Assembly: GCF_009914755.1 (NCBI RefSeq) | Contig: NC_060937.1 | Strand: one strand, 5' to 3' | Length of the DNA: 64,000 nt | Source: the human T2T-CHM13v2.0 reference genome, Homo sapiens | Notes under the pieces: model-generated | Databases searched by the model: none | Seen by the model: only the letters and a program-made list of their open reading frames with translations | What the model was told of the DNA's origin: nothing | Program-made: the position numbers and the translations under genes | Shown here: in pieces, positions 13,885 through 29,400 of the stretch | Position numbering within the stretch: the stretch's first letter is position 1 | Layout of the letters: each line of letters starts with the position of its first letter

Positions 13885-14611
13885 TTCAGGTTTACTTCAG
13901 AAGATGAAAATAGCTGCAGAAGTGTTTAATTTTAATGGAGAGAGTCTAAAAGCAGAGAGGTGTGCCTGTAAGAATAGCTGCAGACCATTTGAGAGCTAAG
14001 GGACCATATAGAGAAAACAGTGCTGCTAGAAAATAACAGAAATATTCAGACTAGCCCACTATAAAAAAAAAAAGAGTTTAACCTTGCCTACTTCTTAAAT
14101 GCTGTCTAACTTTTCCAAAATGAAGATAATTCACTGCCACAAGTAGTTTTCCAGTTTTTTTTATTCTCTCCCCTAGCTGGTAGCCTGTTTAATTAAAGAA
14201 CGAGAGTTTATTTTGCATGTTCTTCTTAAACTTCTTGACACTTCATCTACGACTTAGATATCCATCTTAATTTCAGTCTTTATCTTTTCTGCCCATTTTC
14301 AGAGAATAATACTCCTTATTTTTCCTTCTGTATATTTGCATTTTTTTCTTTTTCAATCACTCATTTCTCTTTTCTTAGATCTTGCCCTATCAGCTATCTC
14401 CTCCCTCTAGTAGCTCCCCAACTATTGGTCAATAAACTTTTGTCTTTGAAATTACAATAAATGTTCTTATATTTTCTTTACCTTCTTGTTAGCATCTTCT
14501 ATTGGTCTTTCCATCTCTATTAACTCTTTTATTTTTTATCAATTTACAGCCATGTGAGCCTTTTTCTAATATCTTTATCCCATTATATTATAATTCTTTA
14601 CACTAAGGTTA

Positions 14612-15018
14612 TGGCTATAATTGATTGTTTGTCCCCCCACAAAACCCATGTTGAAATTTGATTGCCATTGTGACAGTGTTAGTAGGTCGGGCCTTCAAGC
14701 TATGATTGGGCTGTGAAGGCTATGCCCTCATGAATGGATTAATGCTATTATCATTCCAGTGAGATTTTTATCTCAGGAGCGAATTTACTATTACACACCT
14801 GGGTTTGTTATCTCAGGAGTGGGTTTGTTATAAAAGAGAGAGTTCAGCTCCCTTTTTCCACCATGTGATGATGCAACAAGAAGACCTTCTGCAGATGCTG
14901 GCCCCTCCATATTTGATTTCCCAGCATACAAAACTGTGAGCCAATATATTTGTTTCTGTTCATTATGAATTACCCTATCTGTTCTAATATATATAACAGC
15001 ACAAAATGGACCAAGACA
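14612..15018 (+). mobile_element. MaLR solo LTR (MSTD-like)
   Basis: gtttgtcccc...catgttgaaattt...gccctcatgaatggattaatg...ggagtgggtt...aactgtgagccaat...cacaaaatggaccaagaca. Confidence 0.85.
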
Positions 15019-15049
15019 GTCAACAAGAATTACCTCATTTTCACAAAAA

Positions 15050-15560
15050 CAGTAAAGACAGACAAGGTCTTATGTTTTCTTCTGTTCTCTGAGTATGGCA
15101 CTATTATTCTCATCTTCATTGCTAACAGACTCTTTTTTCCTAGCTTCTGTGACACCATACGTTCTTGGCTCTCTTATGTAATCTGTGTTCATTTTTTTCT
15201 CGATCTTATTTCTAGACAACTGTTCATCTCTTTCACCCTTAAAATGCTGTTGTTTCCTCAAGGTTAAGCCTGTGTTATAACATTTTTCCCTTTTGCAGAA
15301 TTATCTTAACTAACTTTATGTACTTTCATACTTGGTCAACACAAAGGACGAGTGAGTCCCAAACTTGTGTCTATTATCTTCATTATTATACAAATGATTA
15401 CATATGCTACTATATTGGTATCTTCAAAGAACCCCAATGTCATTACCTGAAAACTTATTATCATCTATCCCTTAAAACTTTTCCTTCAGTATTCTATGTC
15501 TCAGTTGATCACACTGTGATCCATCTAGTAAACAGCATTAGAAAAGTGGAAACAGTTATT
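15050..15560 (+). mobile_element. L2 remnant
   Basis: Pyrimidine-rich degenerate L2 body (gcttctgtgacaccatac...aaatgctgttgtttcctcaagg...gagtcccaaacttgtgtct). Confidence 0.5.
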
Positions 15561-18500
15561 GATGGCGATATCCTTTTACACTAATGCCTTATTTATTAAA
15601 TATTCTGACATTGAAGAGCACTTCATACAAAAAATATGAGAATTAAGGCAATGTTTAAGTATTTAATATAAACACTAAAGTGACTAATTAGAATCTCTAC
15701 TGTTGTATAGTGGCTAAACTTTGGAAAAACAATTTTATACCATGTAACTTTTTGCTATATAATGTAATCAAATATGAACAATTTTGGTATATTTTCACAA
15801 CAAATTGCAATGATGGAGAGCATCAGGAATACGACTTTGGTTACAAATGGAGACATATATATATATGAAAATATGTAAGAGGTGATATATATTTAATATA
15901 TATAATATATGTATTCTGGTCTAAAATTTTCTGCTGAAATAATATAGTTATGTAAAGGATTCAAGATATAAAGACAAAATCTTAATACATATACAGAACC
16001 TTTTCTGTATGTACATATTACATTTATAGGACAAAGTGAGTCAAAGATGAAAGAAAAGTAAGCATAGGACTGATGTGGACCTGTGCTATTGTAAGGCAGT
16101 AGTCACAAAATGGTGGCTGTATATTCTTCTGTCTGATCTTGATCTCTGGACACTGAGCCCTGCATGCAGGTTTAGAATACATTTCTATAAATTTCATGTT
16201 ACCATGAAACATGTCTTCAGAGAGTGATGCCTCTGTCAGGTTTAGAAATTTGAAATTTATTCTCCTCTACTTGTTCTGCCATCCAGAGTCCCAAACTTGT
16301 TTCACCCTCTGGAAACATAACCTTTGTTAATTCCCTAGTTTAACAATCAGTCTTAACATTAGTCCATTTCATTATGTACTAATGAAATCAGTTACCAACA
16401 TCATCAGGATGTACAAATACGGTATTATTTAAAGCACATTGCAATGGTGGCATGAAAATAGTATAACATTTACACATACATTTTCACAATATAACAAATT
16501 ATTTAAATATAAATACAGCACAGATGCATTCACTTCTGGGACTCATAGTGACCAAAATAAGGAATAAATTATAAGAACTCCATCAAAATACTGGTGATAT
16601 CATAAAGTGTTTCTGAGGGCATGGTTCTCCAAATAAGTATTTTGGTGTTTGGTAGAAATATTTCCTCTTGTTGAAGCATCTATTCCTCAAGGAAAATTTG
16701 AAATATTTATCAACTTTGAATCTAAACTTTATTGTTGTTGTATGTTGTAAAACATAAGTGTATAAACTGCCATTTTATTATGTTTTAGTATTTTTAAATT
16801 GTATTATTAAAGACGTATTTATGCCTAATTTTGATTCCTTGTTTAAAGGAAGAGAGAGAATATGTCTTACTGAACATATAAAGAATGACTCTAACCTAGG
16901 TTATTAGAACTGAAATTTTTCTTTTGCTTTTGATACTATATGAGTTGTAGATTCCAGGTGTTAAGAATTACACACCCCCTAATTAATTCTATGTCTTTTC
17001 CAAGCCTAAGGAAAAATTGACCAGTGGGCTACAGTCAGAAGTGATTTTACAACTTAGGACAAAAGGGAGTGCATAAGTATCAAAAGTTTACTTTCCCCAG
17101 CAGCAACTGGACCTTGCATGTTCTCAGTTACCACAGGAGTCAAGGATTTACTGTGGTTTTTCAGACTAAAACAAATACTCAGCTTAGATGGCCAGCCACA
17201 TTCTTTCACATTCAAAATGTACATTTATAAATTGGGTATCATTGTTGATTTTGAATAGGACATCAATAAAATCATGGGTTTTGCTGATGGTTCTTTCTTA
17301 TGAAAAAAAAAGATATACAGTACAGTGAATATAGTTGATAATATTGTATTGTTTACTAGAAATTTGCCTGTGTCTCTGTCAATTGCCCACAGTGAAAAGT
17401 TATTGAATATTTTAAAATCAATTGAAATTTTAATTTCATTTGACAAATCGAGATAACTTTGAATAATGGGTATAAAGTAATTAATGATGAATGAAAATAG
17501 ATCTGGGAAGATTGTTTAGGCCCTTGAATAATACTTCAGGTTCTCATACCAAGATTTTTTGACTAAACACTAGAACTTACTTGGGATCTTAATCAAAACC
17601 ATTTACCTAATAGACGGGAGAAACTGTTGAGGTTAAGCATATTTTCCAAGAAGCTCAAGTGAGCCATCCATTCTGAGGTTATCTAATTTAATTATACTCT
17701 GAAAACCAAGTGAAAGGCTTGGTTAATTAAACTGAGGAGATAGTGCTTGTTTAAGTAATTATCTCTTGTTAGCACATACTCTTTACAAAAGTTCAGTATT
17801 TTTTAAGTTCAAAATTGGCCATATGCTAAATTCAATGACACAATTTGATTAGAAAAATCTGAAATAATCATAACAATGCAAATATAATAATATTTTGATA
17901 TAGAAAAAATTACTGCCCAGCTATTTTGAAGATTAAAAGAAATATTTTTTTCTTTTTATGTTTGCGTTGTTCATATTACATAGACAGGGCATCAGTTTTT
18001 CATCCTCTTTATTTAAGTGTTATTTAAAAATTAATATATCATCAATAATTGTATTTTGTCATATTTTATTTGGAATCCTCCAACAATTAAAAAAACAGAA
18101 AATCATTTTTTCAGTAATGAAGAGAAGTCCATTTACATTGCTATTCATTTGCTGCTAAGTATACCTTACCCCATGAAGTTCTCCTTGGTTCCTCATTTGC
18201 AGTTATGAGCTTTCCCTCCTCTGTAATCTTAAATCTGTTTACTGAATCCTGAATTATTATGTTTTGTAAAATAATTCCTCTACAAGATTCCTTAATAAAA
18301 GTCATCATATCTTCCTAAAACAATGATTGCCAAATACAGTGCCTAGTAATAACACAGTACAAAATTAGTACATGAGATTGGTATTTAACTGAATAATATA
18401 AATATCATATATATTATACTTAGTATATGCAAAACACATTATGAAAATATATTATTTAATCAACACAAGACTCATATATATTTGCCTAAAATGATTAGAA

Positions 18501-18647
18501 TTTTTCAGATAAAGATTCTGACACTTAAAGATATATAATGGTACTTATCTGTGGAATCCCTTAGGTGCAAGCAGAAAATAATGTTCTTCTATTAAACCCA
18601 CCGTGTACATAAAAACTTAAGCAACTTCAAGGGGATTGCTTTAGGTA

Positions 18648-18819
18648 TGTGAAAGGAAAATATCTTGGGCCTCCAATATCGCTAAGGAAAACTCAAGCTG
18701 TAAACTGCTTAGGGCAAACTTGACTCCCATTCTATCCAAAGTCACTCCACTGCTCACTGAGATGGACGTATATCTGATTTGCCTCCTTTGGAAAGGCTAA
18801 TCAGAAACTCAAAAGAATG
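18648..18819 (+). mobile_element. MER4A LTR 5' fragment (ERV1)
   Basis: tgtgaaaggaaaatatcttgggcc...ctaaggaaaactcaagctg...ttagggcaaac...cctttggaaaggctaatcagaaactcaaaagaatg. Confidence 0.85.
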
Positions 18820-20712
18820 AAAAAATCATCCAATAAGAAAAATATGCAACCATTATAATAAGCAATATCTCATTGTGATCCAAGTCCTTTCTCCGCCAAC
18901 TTCTGCCTGATTGGGCTGGAAATCTGTAGGAAACAGTTTCTCAGCATTTTGCTTCTTTTGCTTTACCCTAAAAGCTGGCCATTTCTTTTATAATTTCTCC
19001 TGAATTAGAACAGGGAAAAGGGGCATCATTATAATGGACTGAGAAGTTTTTAACTCACATGTGCTTTAATGAGCCACTCCTGGCTCTCTGGCTTTGTGGA
19101 AGAAGTTATCTTCTTCTCATGAAGCAGTTTTGTGAGTCCCTCTGAGCTTATTTTATTATAAGGACATATAATTGCATATTGCTATATGGAAAATGCATCT
19201 TCTTTGGATGAATGCTTATGACTCTTTCTTCAGTTTCTGTCATTCTTGTTGTCTGTTACTATTTGATTTGGTCATACTGGATCTCTAGGCACTCCTTTTG
19301 GACGTGATTTAAAATGGCACCAGATAAACTTTCTCCTCTGTGGCATGCCCCAGAATCAATCCTATCTTACATATATAATATGCAATATTTACTATTACGT
19401 AATATTTAATATTACATATTTAGTATGTAAATATGGGTAATATATACATATATTGTATATTTAAATACATATTTTCAATGCATATATAGGCATAATAATA
19501 CAGTCTGTTCCAATACAGCTTATTCTTTTTATCTCTGCTATGCGTCTTCATTTCGGTATCAAAAATCCTTGGTCTTCAGATTCTCCAAGCATAGGTTAAT
19601 CATCAGTTTACTGGTGAGTAAGTGCACTCAACTTTCCCCATAGCTGTTCCAATCTGCTTTCACTTGACAAGAGTTAAGGAAGATGTTCTTATTCTGCACC
19701 AAAATGAGGTGCAGTCCAGGAAGTCTCTCTCACTCTCACTCAGTTTCACTTTTAGGTTTCTGCGTCCTTGACCCTTTTTATTCTCTAGAAATGCATGGGC
19801 TACTTAAGGTTACAAAGTTAGTGTTTTACCACCTTTTTCAAATGTACTGACTGTATAGATGTTCAAGACATTTTAACTTGGGACTTGATCAAAATTGAGT
19901 TAGAAAGAGTACCGATTTAATGTTCTGTTATAGTTTCTTCCTTAAGATCACCTCTCTAGTATATATGAGCTCAGGATTGTAACTAAGGCCTATTGACTCT
20001 AAAATCTCAGCTCATAACACTGACATGACTCTGAGTTATATCTTAAACACTGGTGTGAGTTTCTCTCCTCCTCAACAGCTCAATGTCATATATTGTAATT
20101 AATAAGTGTCCTAATGGTAACATTTCATGCTCCTTTCTACATGGGTTATATATCTATCTATCAGAAGGACAATACCTTTTAAAATATCAACCAAGTTAGA
20201 CAAATACAATTTCAAATATTCAAGTCAATACAATTTAGATCCTTTTTCAAAATGAAGCATTGAGGTTATTCCCATGGTAGACAAAACCTTTTACTATCCA
20301 TTGAATTCCAATTTCTATAAAAATCACAATCTGTGCGTTTCACAGCAGATACTATTTTTGTTGTTTCATGTCAGTTGAAGGTGTTAGTAAAATTTTCTCA
20401 AACCCAGAAAAATAATTAAATAATGATATTATGTGCCATAGATGTAGAGATATACTGTAATTACACATCTTAGCAAATATCTAACTATTTAAAACATTTG
20501 GCGGCATTGTTATGTTAGGGTATATTGCTGTATAAAAGAGGTATACACTAGAAGCTAAAAAGTTACATTTAGGCAATTAAGTGGTATTTTGATTAAAAAT
20601 GCCAGAAGATATTATGTGCTATTATACATATTAATATGAATTTGTAACATCGCTTAACTAGTTTGATTTTTATTTTTCAAAACTCTCAAAATATTTTACT
20701 GATTTTATACTG

Positions 20713-20858
20713 CAAAGTGGTTAAATGGCTATGTGGACAGAATATGAGTACAGACACATTCGTAACTTTTTTTGAAACTTTCTAACAAAGTGGTTAAATG
20801 GCTGTGTGTATAAAATATGGGAACAGACACATTTCATAACTTTTTTGAAACTTTCTGA
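20713..20858. repeat. Diverged tandem duplication, 2 x 73 bp
   Basis: caaagtggttaaatggct...cagacacatt...aactttttt gaaactttct at 20713 and again at 20786. Confidence 0.95.
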
Positions 20859-21623
20859 TAAATCTATAAGACGAAGAAAAGTCCAACTATGTTTTTGGCA
20901 ATATATTTGATAATTCCATATGAAATACGTGTTTTCCTTTTGTTTAATGATGACAACTACTGTATTCCAGATAACATATTTTAGTATTTCTATTGCAACA
21001 GAGAAAATAACTGTTTTAAATATATACTAAAGTTCTCTAGTATTTCAAAGCAGGTCATTTACTCATTTCTAACTCTTCAAAGAACGCAAAATCCCCTATG
21101 GCATCTCCTTGATTAACAGTTTTTCTCACATTTTCTTTACTTAATAATATCCTCATCTTATCTATCAGGATATAGATGGATCTAATCAGGAAATCAGGAA
21201 ATAAATGCATTATAAAAACAACCTCATTATATGATGTAACTGCTAAAGATTATACCTAAAGTATATATACTATTACGTGGCAGAGGAAACTTCAGGAGGG
21301 AGAACAATATTCTTCAACAAGTCTTTACTCTGGTCCTGGAGATATATTGCAGTCTTGAAATATATCTATAAATGTTCATCTTTATTTACCATACTCTTCT
21401 ACCTTAAAAAATATGTAGACTGTCATATTTACATTACATTTCTTATAGACACTCATGTTATACCAGGCTCTTACTAAATGTCTTGACAATTATTTGTAAT
21501 AAATAAATTTAAAAGATATGTATATTCTACCTGAGAGTATTTATTCCCTATTACTTTGGGTACTTATATATGCTCAAGAATAGTAAAATTAAACAATTGG
21601 TTGCTAGCTTCATTGGTTACTAG

Positions 21624-21679
21624 TAGTAACTGAGTGCTTAGTAAACCATACTTAGTAACTGAGTGCTTAGGAAACCATA
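21624..21679. repeat. Tandem duplication, 2 x 29 bp
   Basis: tagtaactgagtgcttag(t/g)aaaccata at 21624 and 21653. Confidence 0.95.
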
Positions 21680-22634
21680 AGAACTCCTATATTAGGTTCC
21701 ACCTTTGACACAGTGAACTTGTTAATGAATCTCTTAAGTACATAATTTGTCATTGCAGTATAACTTAGTCTCAAATAAACACACATTTATTTATAATATA
21801 CTTTAATAGGACTATAGTAACTAATTATTGATAGTTAAGCACCCTCATATTTGTATTATCTTCTCTAATTTGGAGTGTTTGTTATATTACCATTTTCTGT
21901 ATGTTTAATAAAAGCAAGTAAGGATTAATATTCTCATAGAAATGACCCAAAATATTAATTACATTGAAGAGCACACCCCTTTATTGATCATTTATTATAT
22001 ACCTGACATTTTAAAAAACGTATCTTAATTTCAGCAATGCCCATTGTTTATAGCTTTTAAAAATTTGTATAACACTCAGAACTGTAAGTGTAGATTGTTA
22101 TCTTCTAAAATGTTACTTTATTTGAATCATAGACACATTGTGAAAAACGGTCAACTATATTTAAGTATAGTTCATTCTATATTGTAACTCACTTTGCAAA
22201 ATTCATGATTAGATATAGAGGTCTGGGAAAGTGCTCATCTTACAGAAAAAATTTTAAAAACTTGAGAACAAAAATGAAAAATAACTTATTAGTGAAAAAT
22301 ATAAGCCACATTTAACTACTGGTGAAAGCATTACATCATTAAATATTTATATTGATGAATTCTAGTGAATCATTCATTTGCCTTTTTAGTTCACATAATC
22401 CAATAGTGAAAGGAAAAACTTCTGACAGCAAGCAGAATGTAAAACCTTTATGTGAACACCAATTATATGTTTTGAACTCTTTGGTGAAGAGGAAGGATAA
22501 TGATTTATAACTTTACTGACATCATGAATCTGTAACCCCAAAAGGCAAAATTCTTAATTAGAAAAGGACGTTTGAATGTCTGATGGTATTTCTGTCTTTC
22601 AGAGGTGGAATATTTAAAGATAGTACTCACAATT

Positions 22635-24519
<1,885 letters not shown>

Positions 24520-24981
24520 TGAGATATTGTGTATAAAGCATTTATTTAGCATCACCCTACTGTATTGCCCTATGATATTCTGTATCTTGCTAACTGAGAC
24601 GACCAATTTCACATCTCTACCTTCCCTCTAAATCTTCAAATATCTGCTCCTCTAACTTAGCTATTAATTTTTTATCTTATCACACCAAAAGCAAGAGTAA
24701 TCAGAAGAAATTCTCAGATTTACAATTCTGGACTTACCAATGTACATACCTGTAAATGAATGCAAGGAGACAGTAATTTTTAAATAACTTTAATTGTAAG
24801 TAAAGATTCTAGACATGGAGATAGAAAATATATGAAAAGCTGAATAATTTTATTACCCAATTAGAATCTGAAAACTATACAGAAATTATGGAAAATATAT
24901 AATTAAGAAATTAATAAATTTCCACAGAAATAGCAGCAGACACAATTACTGAACTGAAATGCAGAGAAAAAATAGTGAGAG

Positions 24982-25274
24982 ATGGGGCACAGTGACTTAT
25001 GTTTGTCATCCCAGCACTTTGGGAGGCTGAGGTGGAAGAATCACTTGATCCCAGGAGTTCAACACCAGCGTGGACAAAATAGCAAGACCCTGCCTCTAAA
25101 AAAAATTTTTAAATTATTGGGTCTTTGTTGCTTATGCCAGTATTCCCAGCTACTTGGAAGGTTAAGGCAGAAGAATGTCTTGAGCCCAGGAGTTCAAGGA
25201 TACAGTAAGCTCTGATAGTGCCACTGCACTCCAGTCTGGTTGACAGAGCAATACCCCAATTTCAAAAAGAAAAA
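24982..25274 (+). mobile_element. AluJ (old, diverged)
   Basis: AluJ-type ttgagcccaggagttcaagg...atagcaagaccct; dimeric structure with A-tail. Confidence 0.9.
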
Positions 25275-26110
25275 GGGGGAGGTGAGAAAAAGCAAAGTGA
25301 ATAAGTAACATATCTGATATAAAAGTGATTGGAATCCCAGATGGAGAGGAATAAATGAGAATGGGATGGAATCTTAGAAAGTAATGGATGAAAATCTTTC
25401 AGATAATGAATATCCTCATGCTTGAGAACATCAGTACACAAAAAGCAAGATACATACAAAGGAAGATTACTAGTCCCATCATAGTCAATCTGCTAAAACC
25501 CAAGGAAGGGCAAAGACAAAGATCCCAAAAGGAACTAAAGAGAAATGATGATACATTATATTCAATGAAGCAACAATAAGGCTAACAGCTAAATTCTCAG
25601 GAGAAAGAATTTGTTAGAAAACAATGAATCGCATCTTTTAGAGTTGGAAGAATTTAACCATCAATATAAACTTCTATATGCAAAAAGAAACGTCCTATAG
25701 AATATAAAATAATTTTTTAGAGACCAGTTCAGCTATAGAGTCTATACAATTCCAATCAAAGTTACAGTTAGATAGAAGGAATAAACTCTGGTTTTCTATT
25801 CTACAGTAGGGTAAAAATAATGAAAAAAAATGTATTGCATATATCAAAATAGCTAGAGGAGAGGAATTTTTATTCTCTCTCCAAAAAGAAATAATAAATG
25901 TTTAAGTTGATGAATTTGATAATTATCTTGATTTTATTATTACACAATGGATACACGTATTTAAAATACCAAGCTGTACTCCATAAATATTTACAAATAT
26001 TATGTGTCAATTAAATACAAAATAGAACCTTAAAAACCTCAAACAAATTATTTTGTGAAAATTGAAAAGCTGTTCTAAAGTTTAATATAACTGTAAACAT
26101 CTAAGAATAT

Positions 26111-26188
26111 ATATATATACATATCTATATATATCTATATAGATATATATATATACATATCTATATATATCTATATAGATATATATAT
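26111..26188. repeat. TA-rich palindromic microsatellite derived from an Alu poly(A) tail
   Basis: Two ~36-bp units, each containing the palindrome atatatctatatagatatat. Confidence 0.9.
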
Positions 26189-26476
<288 letters not shown>

Positions 26477-29400
26477 AACATCTAAGAATATTTAAAACAC
26501 TATTGATGAGGAAAAATAAAGTTAGAGACTTAAAAACTATGAAATATGGTCTTAAATATTAAGACCATGAGTTATTAGTGACATAAGGACCTAATAGACC
26601 AATCAAACATAATTAAAATTTGTAAATAGGCTATAAATATATTATTAGCTAATATATTATTAGCTATTTTATGACCAATTATTACCACTTTAAAGTGTGG
26701 CAAGGAGGATATATTCTGTAACTGGTGCTACACTAATTTTATATCTATATGGAAAAAAGTGAATCTTCAGTCCTATTTCATACCATACACACAAAAAATC
26801 AATTATATCTGGAATTCAAACAAAATGTTGAAGTAAAAAGCAATAAAATTCGTAGAATTCAAATAAATATTTTCTTGATTTACTATACACAACAATCTTT
26901 TAAACAAGATGAAAACCATTAACCACAAAGGAAAATAATTAATCAAACTACATCAAAAAAGAACACTATGTTAATAAAAATACATAATTAAAATGGTTAA
27001 AATGAAACTACAAATTTGGATAGCACTTTTGTGATACTATATATGAGAATATGTATTCTGTATACAAATATGTTGATATAAATACATACAAAATGTGAAG
27101 AGATATGATTATATGATACTGTACTTGATTATAAACAGTATGAAAGGAAATCCTATACATGCAAAACAAACATTCCAATATAAATCAAGACAAAAGATTT
27201 TAAAAGACACTTCATTAAAAAATATACATTTGGAAAGCTGCTTAAAATCATTTTTCATCAGGGAATTTCATCTTAAGTGGAATGACTCAGAAACAGAAAG
27301 GCAAATACTGCATATTCTCACTTATAAGTGGGAGCTAAATAATGTATACACATAGACATAGAGTGTAGACGTAGAAATTCAGAAGAATTGAGGGTTGGGA
27401 GGTAGGTGGATGATGAAAACTTACTTAATGGATATAATGTACATTATTCAGGTGACAGATACAATAAAAGCTCTGACTTTCCTATGCAATATAACCATGT
27501 AACAAAATTGCACTTGTACTCCTTAAATTTATACAGAAAAGAAAACAAATGCAATACAATTGCACATAGAACAGATTAGCTAAAATGGAAGAGATAGGTG
27601 TTGGTGAGGATAGGGAGCAATTGGATCTATTAGGTATTAATGGAGGGAGCATGAATTGGTTTACCTCTTGGAGAACTCTCCATGGGTACATAGATATACA
27701 CTACATAGACATACACTACAACCCAACAATCTTACTTCAGGCTTTACATATACAAAAATGCAGGCATATATTAACTGACAGGTTTGTACAAAAATGTTTC
27801 TGGCAGTACTATTCAGAATATTACCAAAATGTAAACAACCTAAATATTCATCATCAGGAGAAGAGATACATAAATTTGTGGGTTATTCATGCAATCAGAT
27901 GTTATATTGCAATAAGACATCTACAAGTATACAGAGTGACATGACACAATAAAACAATGTTACATGAAGGTTGTCAGACATACGCAATTACACACTTTAT
28001 GATTCTTTTAATGTAATGTTCTGAAAAGGCAAACTAAGTGGCAATAGAAGTCATCATGACAGTTACACCTGGAGAAGGGTGGAAGGAGGACACAAGTATA
28101 CTTCTGTGGTTCTCTTAATGTTCTTTTTCAGTATCTTTGTGCTGGTAAAATTGAGTTGTGATCTTATGATTTGTGTGTCTTTTGTTTATAGTTATATCAG
28201 CTCCAGCACTTACTTTCCTCATTGATTTTTTTTCTTCTACTCATCATTGTTTCTGTTATCAGAACATTTTCCTGCAGAATCTAATACTTGTGCTCTATGA
28301 TCAGAGGACTTGTCTCCACCTAGTACTTGTATCTACAGACAATATAATTATGAAGTAGAAGGCACTTAAGTAAAATGAAGAATGTGTGCAATTTTTCATG
28401 AACAGATAGTTAAACGCTATCTTAAGTATCATTGATTAGATGAATAGTTGACCAGGTAAGATTGGGTGTCCAATCCATGTAAATCAGAATTATTAAGGAT
28501 TAGAGGCAAATGGAAGTTCAGAGACTTGTGAAAACTGCTGAAAGTTCTCCGTCACCTAAGTGTAGATATCAAAGCTAAAGAAGTAGAAGAGAGAAGTTTC
28601 ATAATGTTGCCGGGAAAAAAGTATGCAAAAGATGGAACAAATAGTAAGACGTTTCTAAATATTATCAGAGAAATAGAAGGCTGTGAAATACTAGAGAGCT
28701 AGATTTCTGTTGTCAATTATTTTCACACTTATTTTACTACATCTTCTTATATGTTTTCCAATACCTTAGTTCTCAGTTCTGCCTTTTTTTGATTAATGAA
28801 ATATAAGTGAAAATGTGATTTCCAGGCAGAAACTTCAACAGCCAGTGCTTGCTTTGTTATGGTATCTCTTTTCTATGCAGCGGCTGCTCAGTCAATCTGG
28901 CTGCCACAGTGATAGTGACAGTCATTCAGTGGAAGAGCCCTAGCAGACCTAAAAAAGGCCCAAATTGTCACCACATTAAAAAATATATATAAGAATGTCA
29001 TTTGGCAATCTGTATTCCACTAGGAGAAATTTATACTTCTGCTGCTTCTTTTTTTTTTTTTTTTTTTTTTAAATGAGGTAGTCCTCTGGGATTTACTGAA
29101 CTCAGCCATAAACAATGAGATTAGCACGGTCAAAGTTCATTGCAGAGTGATTCAGACAAGCAGAGAGGTTCATTGCATGGAGTTGTCAGACACTGGCGGT
29201 TGTAAATGTTTTGTCACAGATTTCTAAAAAAATTTGTTTCCCGTATTCTGTCTCTAAGCAACAATTGTAGACCAGAAATTTAAAAAGCAAAATGTGGCTA
29301 AGCTCCAAATTTAGTGCAAAGCGTTAGAGTTCAGGGTTTTCTGGTTTACTTAGTTTCTGTTTTGTTTGCCTTGATATTCTTGTATTGGGTCAGATTCCTC

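Noticed and set aside
16020-16330. Possible old ERVL LTR fragment
   Set aside because: Resemblance too weak to assign a family or boundaries by eye.
19365-19500. AT-rich quasi-palindromic stretch
   Set aside because: Ordinary low-complexity decayed (TA) sequence without a long perfect stem.
29049-29070. Orphan poly-T as a processed pseudogene or tail-only insertion
   Set aside because: No TSD and no adjacent transcript-like body found.
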